From Cyclobacteriaceae bacterium (lineage in GTDB: Bacteria > Bacteroidota > Bacteroidia > Cytophagales > Cyclobacteriaceae): 64,000 nt of DNA. Under the pieces are notes generated by a model. That model was given only the letters and a program-made list of their open reading frames with translations, was not told where the DNA came from and ran no database searches. Within the stretch, counting starts at the first letter, position 1, and each line of letters starts with the position of its first letter. Both the position numbers and the translations under genes were made by a program. Positions 58,510 through 64,000 of this stretch are shown piece by piece. The stretch spans positions 1,921-65,920 of the forward strand of contig JBDHXU010000004.1 of assembly GCA_039810905.1 (NCBI GenBank), in the 5' to 3' direction.

Positions 58510-59862
58510 ATGGAAGCAAAAACACTAACCGACACGAAAGTCATTCTCAAGGAAAATCTTGATTATACATTATTCTCCTGGAGCAAACAGAAGGACATTT
58601 CCCCCATAGCCATCAGCCATGGATTGGGCGTATACTTATGGGATATGGAGGGCAAACGGTATATCGATTTCTCTTCAGGATTGATGAATGTTAATATCGG
58701 TCATGGGAATCAGCGTGTAACACAGGCTGTGGCCGAGCAAATGAGACAAGTGAGCTATGTCACGCCTTCCTGCGTGACAAGGGCCCGGGCTGAAGCTGGA
58801 CGCAAATTGGCCGCCATTACTCCTCCAGGACTGAACAAGGCGTTATTCACGACTGGCGGCGCCGAGTCCATTGAGAACGCAATTAAGCTGGCGCGGCACT
58901 TCACGGGCCGGCATAAAATCCTTGCCCGGTATCGCGCATTTCATGGTGCATCTTATGGTGCCATGACCGCAGGCGGTGATCCAAGGAAATTGCCCCACGA
59001 TAGCCAGCAGGTACCGGGTATTATTCATGTGGAGGATCCCTATTGTTACCGGTGTCCGTTCGGTAAAAGTTTTGGTGCATGTGAAATGGAATGCGCGAGT
59101 CACATAGAAAGAATCGTTGAATTTGAAGGACCGGAATCCATTGCGGCTATACTCATGGAAGGGGAAAGCGGAACGTCCGGCTGCATCAAATATCCTCCCG
59201 GCTATTTGAAGAGAGTAAGGGAGATTTGCGACAGGTACGGCATTTTGTTCATTGCTGATGAAGTAATGAGTGGGTTTGGGAGGACCGGAAAGTGGTTTGG
59301 CGTTGATCATCATGATGTTATTCCGGATATGATTGCCACTGCCAAGGGAATAACTGCCGGCTATATTCCATTTGGTGCCCTTATTGTGTCCGACCGGATT
59401 GCCGCCCATTACGACGACATCCCGCTCATGATTGGGCTGACTTATTCTGCGCACCCTGTCGGATGTGCTGCCGCAGCGGAAGTCCTCGATATTTATCATG
59501 ATGAGAATCTCGTTGAGAACGCCGCTGCAATGGGTGAATACATGGACGATCGTGTTGCCGGGCTGATGAAACTCCATCCTTCCATTGGCGATTATCGAAA
59601 TACCGGATTGCTGGGCGTAATCGAACTTGTAAAGAATCGGTCAACGAAGGAACCAATGGCACCTTTCAATGCAAAACCGGAACAGATGGCCGTCATGAAC
59701 AAGGTGGCAGCCCGGCTGAAAGAGCTGGGGATGTACACTTTCGTCAGGTGGAATTACATTTTTGTTGCCCCGCCGCTGTGTGTCACCAGGGAGCAAATTG
59801 ATGAAGGGCTGGCCATCATTGATGATGCGTTGAAAATAGCCGATCAGGCCTGCGTGTCTTAG
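58510..59862 (+). CDS. Class III PLP aminotransferase (beta-alanine/omega-amino acid type)
   Basis: GAESIENAIK, FHG, IADEVMSGFGRTG and AKGIT motifs; follows mmsA. Confidence 0.88.
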   Translation: MEAKTLTDTKVILKENLDYTLFSWSKQKDISPIAISHGLGVYLWDMEGKRYIDFSSGLMNVNIGHGNQRVTQAVAEQMRQVSYVTPSCVTRARAEAGRKLAAITPPGLNKALFTTGGAESIENAIKLARHFTGRHKILARYRAFHGASYGAMTAGGDPRKLPHDSQQVPGIIHVEDPYCYRCPFGKSFGACEMECASHIERIVEFEGPESIAAILMEGESGTSGCIKYPPGYLKRVREICDRYGILFIADEVMSGFGRTGKWFGVDHHDVIPDMIATAKGITAGYIPFGALIVSDRIAAHYDDIPLMIGLTYSAHPVGCAAAAEVLDIYHDENLVENAAAMGEYMDDRVAGLMKLHPSIGDYRNTGLLGVIELVKNRSTKEPMAPFNAKPEQMAVMNKVAARLKELGMYTFVRWNYIFVAPPLCVTREQIDEGLAIIDDALKIADQACVS

Positions 59863-59868
59863 CAGTGT

Positions 59869-61107
59869 TTATTTGGCGTACAATATAGACTCCACTCCAT
59901 GCAGGGTTTCAAGGCATGGATCGTCATAGAAGGGGAGTTGTTGCATCATCACAATGACTCCCGTTTGCTTTGCAGGATCAATCCAGAAGAAGGTGTTCAG
60001 TATGCCGGCCCATCCATAACTTCCAACATTGCTTCTGCCGTTCGCGGTGGTTCCTGAAATGATCGAACCAAGCCCAAATTTGAAATTGCCCGCTTCAGGG
60101 AAATTTTTTGTCAGCCCAGGGTTAGCGGATTTCAGAGGATTGGCATTTAGTCCGCCAATTTGATTCCTCGACATTTCCTTTACCGATGAGGAGTTGAGCA
60201 GCCTCTTTCCACCCAAAGTTCCTTCATTCAGCAGGCATTGAATAAATCTTGAATAGTCCTGACCTGTACTGAATAATCCATAACCACCCAATATGACGGG
60301 TTTGTCATAACCTGAACTTCTCCTGGCCGTGTAACCACTGCCATTTTTCACATACCTGTCTGCAAGCCTGGTTTTCTTCTCTTCTGGAACTTCAAAGAAA
60401 GTATCATTCATGCCGAGCGGATCGAAGATGTGCTTCTGAAAGTAAGTATCAAGGGATTCACCCGAGACTTTTGCAATGATATCTCCCAATGCCTCCATCC
60501 CTGTGCCATAATGCCATCGGGTGCCGGGCTGGAATAGCAAAGGAAAAGTGAGATATACTTTCTTACCCTTCTTTGTGCCGGTCTTTTCCATCTTGGCGGA
60601 AATGGCTTCCAGCTCGTTACTTACAAAATCATAAGCGAGCCCGGAAGTATGACTGAGCAATTGCCTGATGGTTACAGGATGCGATTGAGGTTCTACTGTG
60701 TAAGTAGTGTCTTTCCAGTCAAAGGACTTGATGACAGGGAGATCTGCAAATTCAGGTATGTAGCGCGAAACGGGATCATCAAGACCCAGTTTGTGTTGCT
60801 CCACCAATTGCAGCACAGCCACAGCGGTCACAGGCTTTGTCATGGAATAAATCGCGAAAAGATCGTCTGTTCTCAAGTCGCTCCCTTTGTTTCCCTTGCC
60901 TGATGCATGCTGGTAAACAATTCCTTTTGATTTATCCACAACAAAGACAGCCACTGAAGGAACAGCGCCGTTCGCTACCTGACTATCCAGAAACTGATCG
61001 AGTTGTTGTTTTTCGGGAAATAGCGGCTGCCCATGCAATGCCAGACAATGCAATGCAAGCACCACGGTGGTGATGCGGACGATATTCAAATGCGGGCCAA
61101 TGCGCAT
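59869..61107 (-). CDS. Serine hydrolase, beta-lactamase class C/esterase family
   Basis: YSMTKP (SxxK), LLSHTSG, WHY and GWAG motifs; signal peptide from ATG 61107. Confidence 0.88.
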   Translation of the reverse strand: MRIGPHLNIVRITTVVLALHCLALHGQPLFPEKQQLDQFLDSQVANGAVPSVAVFVVDKSKGIVYQHASGKGNKGSDLRTDDLFAIYSMTKPVTAVAVLQLVEQHKLGLDDPVSRYIPEFADLPVIKSFDWKDTTYTVEPQSHPVTIRQLLSHTSGLAYDFVSNELEAISAKMEKTGTKKGKKVYLTFPLLFQPGTRWHYGTGMEALGDIIAKVSGESLDTYFQKHIFDPLGMNDTFFEVPEEKKTRLADRYVKNGSGYTARRSSGYDKPVILGGYGLFSTGQDYSRFIQCLLNEGTLGGKRLLNSSSVKEMSRNQIGGLNANPLKSANPGLTKNFPEAGNFKFGLGSIISGTTANGRSNVGSYGWAGILNTFFWIDPAKQTGVIVMMQQLPFYDDPCLETLHGVESILYAK

Positions 61108-61120
61108 GGGCAAAGAAATT

Positions 61121-61684
61121 TCAGTCTGAGTCCCCGTCTGCAAGTAATGAATAGATGAGGGTGTTATGAAATCCTCCGTTGAAATACTGGTAATCCCGCA
61201 AGAACCCTTCTTTGATAAAACCACACTTATGAAGGACTTTAATGGATGGGATATTTTCGGCAACCACAACTGCTTCAATGGAGTGCAGGCCCATCACATC
61301 AAACCCGAAACTGACAACGCGCTGAATCGCTTCTTTCATGATCCCCTGTCCCTGGTAAACTGGATCCAGCAGATAGCCGATTTCCGTTCTGAAGTTTTCC
61401 GGCTTGGTTCGCAGAAAGGCAATTGTGCCTACCAGCACTTGCTCTTGTTTCACACATATGCCCCAGGTAATTCCTTCACCCCGTTCACGAATTGCCTCAA
61501 ATTCCCTAATCAGTTGGATTGCCTCGTCAAGACTTTGCGTAAGAGGTCTCGGGACATATTTCATTATTTCCGGATTGCCCCTCAGTTTCATGATAGCCGG
61601 TGCATCCGATGGTGTGATAGACCGCAATTCAAGCCGTTCGGTGTGAAGGACAGGAACTTCGGGAAACAGTGTGCGGAGTCTCAT
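61121..61684 (-). CDS. GNAT N-acetyltransferase (RimJ/RimL type)
   Basis: TERLELR, EIGY, YQGQGIM and NIPSIKVLHKCGF motifs. Confidence 0.9.
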   Translation of the reverse strand: MRLRTLFPEVPVLHTERLELRSITPSDAPAIMKLRGNPEIMKYVPRPLTQSLDEAIQLIREFEAIRERGEGITWGICVKQEQVLVGTIAFLRTKPENFRTEIGYLLDPVYQGQGIMKEAIQRVVSFGFDVMGLHSIEAVVVAENIPSIKVLHKCGFIKEGFLRDYQYFNGGFHNTLIYSLLADGDSD

Positions 61685-61764
61685 TGCGTTTAGCGAGTTC
61701 CAAAAGTGTAAAATTTGAGTGTATTGACCCAATTTCGGCCTCTTTCTATTCTTTTGCCTTACTA

Positions 61765-61813
61765 TTTGCAAGCATATGTTTGCGTATTATATATTTGCAA
61801 CCAGATACTTGCA
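61765..61813 (+). promoter_or_regulatory. Promoter (TTTG-N21-TATATTTG) overlapped by two TGCAA-N8-TTGC operator palindromes
   Basis: TGCAAgcatatgtTTGCG at 61767-61784; TGCAAccagatacTTGCA at 61796-61813; -7 element at 61790-61797. Confidence 0.7.
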
Positions 61814-61822
61814 TATAAAGAA

Positions 61823-62152
61823 ATGGAAAGAAGGCGCGACGTTTATCAGGCCCTGGCCGATCAAACACGGAGAGACATCATTCATTTGGTTGCCAGTAAG
61901 TCAATGACCCCCAATGCGATTGCGGAGCACTTTGACGTAAGCCGCCAGGCGGTATCAAATCACTTGCAGGTTTTGACGGAATGCGGGCTTATTGTCGCGG
62001 TTCAAAAGGGTAGGGAACGTCACTATGAGGCAAGACTGGATGCATTGAATGAAGTTCTTTCCTGGATTGAACAACAGCGCCAAACATGGACAGCGAGGTT
62101 TGACAAGATGGACAAATTATTGAAAGCAGGAACGAAGGAACGAAAGAACTGA
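61823..62152 (+). CDS. ArsR/SmtB family transcriptional regulator
   Basis: DVYQALADQTRR, SRQAVSNHLQVL and GRERHY motifs. Confidence 0.92.
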   Translation: MERRRDVYQALADQTRRDIIHLVASKSMTPNAIAEHFDVSRQAVSNHLQVLTECGLIVAVQKGRERHYEARLDALNEVLSWIEQQRQTWTARFDKMDKLLKAGTKERKN

Positions 62153-62169
62153 GCAACAAAACTCACAAT

Positions 62170-62574
62170 ATGGATTGGTATAAGAGTTTCCGGGCAGGAC
62201 TTGCAGGAATGGCCTTCGCGATCACAGTGACGCTTCTGACCGATTATGTACTTGAGCAAACCGGCTTGATGATCCGTTCACCTTTTGATGCGAATCCCCC
62301 GTGGCTGATTGGCATTGTGGTATTCTACCGGACTGCCTATGGGGTAATCGGAAGTTACTTCACTGCAAGGTTGGCACCCCATCATCCTATGATGCATAGC
62401 ATGGTTACAGGGATCATCGGACTCATCCTCAGCATTGCAGGCACCATTGTGATGTGGCACATTCCTCCACATTGGTATCCTATAACGCTCGACATTCTTG
62501 CCCTTCCTACTGCTTGGGCCGGCGCTCGGCTTGCACTCAGACAATCGCGACAACTACAACCCCAATTGCCATAA
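62170..62574 (+). CDS. Hypothetical membrane protein (about 4 TM)
   Basis: Hydrophobic segments; ARLAP and PHWYP motifs; lies in the ArsR operon. Confidence 0.75.
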   Translation: MDWYKSFRAGLAGMAFAITVTLLTDYVLEQTGLMIRSPFDANPPWLIGIVVFYRTAYGVIGSYFTARLAPHHPMMHSMVTGIIGLILSIAGTIVMWHIPPHWYPITLDILALPTAWAGARLALRQSRQLQPQLP

Positions 62575-62575
62575 C

Positions 62576-63004
62576 ATGATACGTGAAGTCTATCCTTGCC
62601 TCTGGTTTGACGGTCGTGCAAAGGAAGCGGCTGCCTTCTATTGCTCAATCTTTCCCAATTCCCGAATTACCAGTGAGTCACCCATTGTGGTGAATTGGGA
62701 ACTCAATGGAAAACAATTCATGGGGCTCAATGATCGCAGACCTCAGGACCATTTCAATGAAACCATATCATTTGTTATCACCTGCGACACCCAACAGGAA
62801 ATTGATCACTACTGGAGTCATCTGACAGCCGACGGAGGAACGGAGAGCATGTGTGGTTGGTGCCGGGATAAATTTGGCGTATCGTGGCAGGTGGTGCCGG
62901 CTGTTCTCCGTGAATTGATGTCTGATCCTGCCCGCGCGCCCAGGGCAATTCAGGCTTTTCTGAAGATGAAGAAATTTGATATTGAAAAACTGATGAAGGC
63001 CTGA
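62576..63004 (+). CDS. VOC/PhnB-like (3-demethylubiquinone-9 3-methyltransferase family) protein
   Basis: PCLWFD, QQEIDHYW, CGWCRDKFGVSWQV and MKKFDI motifs. Confidence 0.9.
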   Translation: MIREVYPCLWFDGRAKEAAAFYCSIFPNSRITSESPIVVNWELNGKQFMGLNDRRPQDHFNETISFVITCDTQQEIDHYWSHLTADGGTESMCGWCRDKFGVSWQVVPAVLRELMSDPARAPRAIQAFLKMKKFDIEKLMKA

Positions 63005-63007
63005 CCC

Positions 63008-63499
63008 ATGAGCGAAGTGGTTGTGAGCAGAATATTTGAAGCACCTTTGGACAAGGTCTGGAGGATGTGGACAGACGCAGCGTTGGTGATGCAGTGGTGG
63101 GGTCCGGACCATTTCACATGCCCCAGTGCCATTATGGATTTTCGGGAAGGAGGCTCATCAATTGTCTGCATGCGGGCGCCTGCAACATTCGGCGGTGGAG
63201 ATAACTTTAGTATCTGGACTTATACTAAAATTGTATTGCACGAGCGGATTGAATTCATTCAAAACCTCGCCAGCAGTGACGGCCACAAACAAAAGCCTCA
63301 AGATCTGGGCATGCCTCCGGATTTTCCCGAAGATGTGCGAACGGTTGTCACTTTCCGCTCCATGGGTAAGAACAGAACTGAAATGACAGTGACAGAATAC
63401 GCCGACTTTGGCCAGATGTCTCACTTTGCAAAACTTGGCCTCGAGCAATCCATCGGTAAGATGAAAATGGCAGTGGAAGGAGCCAAAGCTTCAGACTGA
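63008..63499 (+). CDS. SRPBCC/AHSA1 domain protein
   Basis: RIFEAPLDKVWRMWTD, QWWGP and DFREGG motifs. Confidence 0.88.
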   Translation: MSEVVVSRIFEAPLDKVWRMWTDAALVMQWWGPDHFTCPSAIMDFREGGSSIVCMRAPATFGGGDNFSIWTYTKIVLHERIEFIQNLASSDGHKQKPQDLGMPPDFPEDVRTVVTFRSMGKNRTEMTVTEYADFGQMSHFAKLGLEQSIGKMKMAVEGAKASD

Positions 63500-63508
63500 G
63501 AAGAAGTC

Positions 63509-64000
63509 TTATTCGATGACAAAATCTCCCACCATATAGGTTCTGGCTTCCCCGCTGATCAGGACCCTGCTTCCTGACAGTCTGCAGGTGAGATATCCTT
63601 TGCGTGCTGACAATTGAACGGCAGTGAGTTCTTCTTTGCCAAGTTGCCTTGACCAGTATGGCGTTAGCGTGGTATGTGCAGACCCAGTCACTGGGTCTTC
63701 GTTCACCCCGGACTGTGGCGCAAAGAAACGGGACACAAAATCTGCTGAATTGCCTCTTGCTGTTGCAATAAGGCCCCGAATCGGAAGCTTTTGTATCGCC
63801 GTTAAATCAGGTTTGAGGTTGGTTATGTCCTCTTCATTGCGGAACACAAACATCAGATCCGTTTTGCCTCTGTAGACTTTTTCAGGTGTACGACCAAAGC
63901 ACGATTCATATGCCGGCTCAACTGGAATTTCGCTAATCGAATCTGCCGGGAAGTCCAGCGTGAGCCTTTTGCCATTTCGCTCGACTTTGAGAAGTCCGCT
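63509..64000 (-). CDS. PhzF family isomerase, 3' part (runs off the window edge)
   Basis: TLDFP, DFVSRFFAP, EDPVTGSAH and QLSARKG motifs; frame open to position 64000. Confidence 0.9.
   Translation of the reverse strand, partial: SGLLKVERNGKRLTLDFPADSISEIPVEPAYESCFGRTPEKVYRGKTDLMFVFRNEEDITNLKPDLTAIQKLPIRGLIATARGNSADFVSRFFAPQSGVNEDPVTGSAHTTLTPYWSRQLGKEELTAVQLSARKGYLTCRLSGSRVLISGEARTYMVGDFVIE

Noticed and set aside
58843-59577. 244-aa antisense ORF (likewise 1449..2147, 6532..7284, 30127..30753, 9995..10546)
   Set aside because: Shadows of well-supported genes on the opposite strand, with no recognisable motifs
1-64000. tRNA, rRNA, CRISPR arrays, IS elements, integrases
   Set aside because: None seen; intergenic gaps are short and show no cloverleaf or regularly spaced repeats (by eye only)

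Overview
A gene-dense chromosomal window from a Bacteroidota genome, most likely Cytophagales. This is inferred from a T9SS C-terminal-domain protein, TAnnTTTG promoters, the pheA-aminotransferase-tyrA-DAHPS/CM operon and the long PurF. Most of it is housekeeping: leuD'-leuB-leuA, aromatic amino acid synthesis, alpha-2-macroglobulin/pbpC, cbs, pyrRB, purF, a partial nuo cluster (H, I-N), murI, fabI, ispE, lptF/G, tgt, an ECF sigma, an Lrp-mmsA-aminotransferase module and an ArsR/VOC/SRPBCC cluster. I saw no rRNA, tRNA, CRISPR array or mobile element. The most notable observations are: (1) an unannotated 21-aa Trp/Phe/Tyr-rich leader peptide with terminator and antiterminator ahead of the aromatic operon; (2) a stand-alone, motif-dead SecA NBD2-like protein and a DEGS-type sphingolipid desaturase between alpha-2-macroglobulin and pbpC; (3) three SPOR-OmpA paralogs with an altered peptidoglycan-binding motif around a secreted MORN-caspase; (4) a phage tail-fibre-like module inserted into a repeat motif of a T9SS protein; (5) an orphan TPR histidine kinase between nuoH and nuoI. 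All family calls come from motif recognition by eye; no database searches were run.
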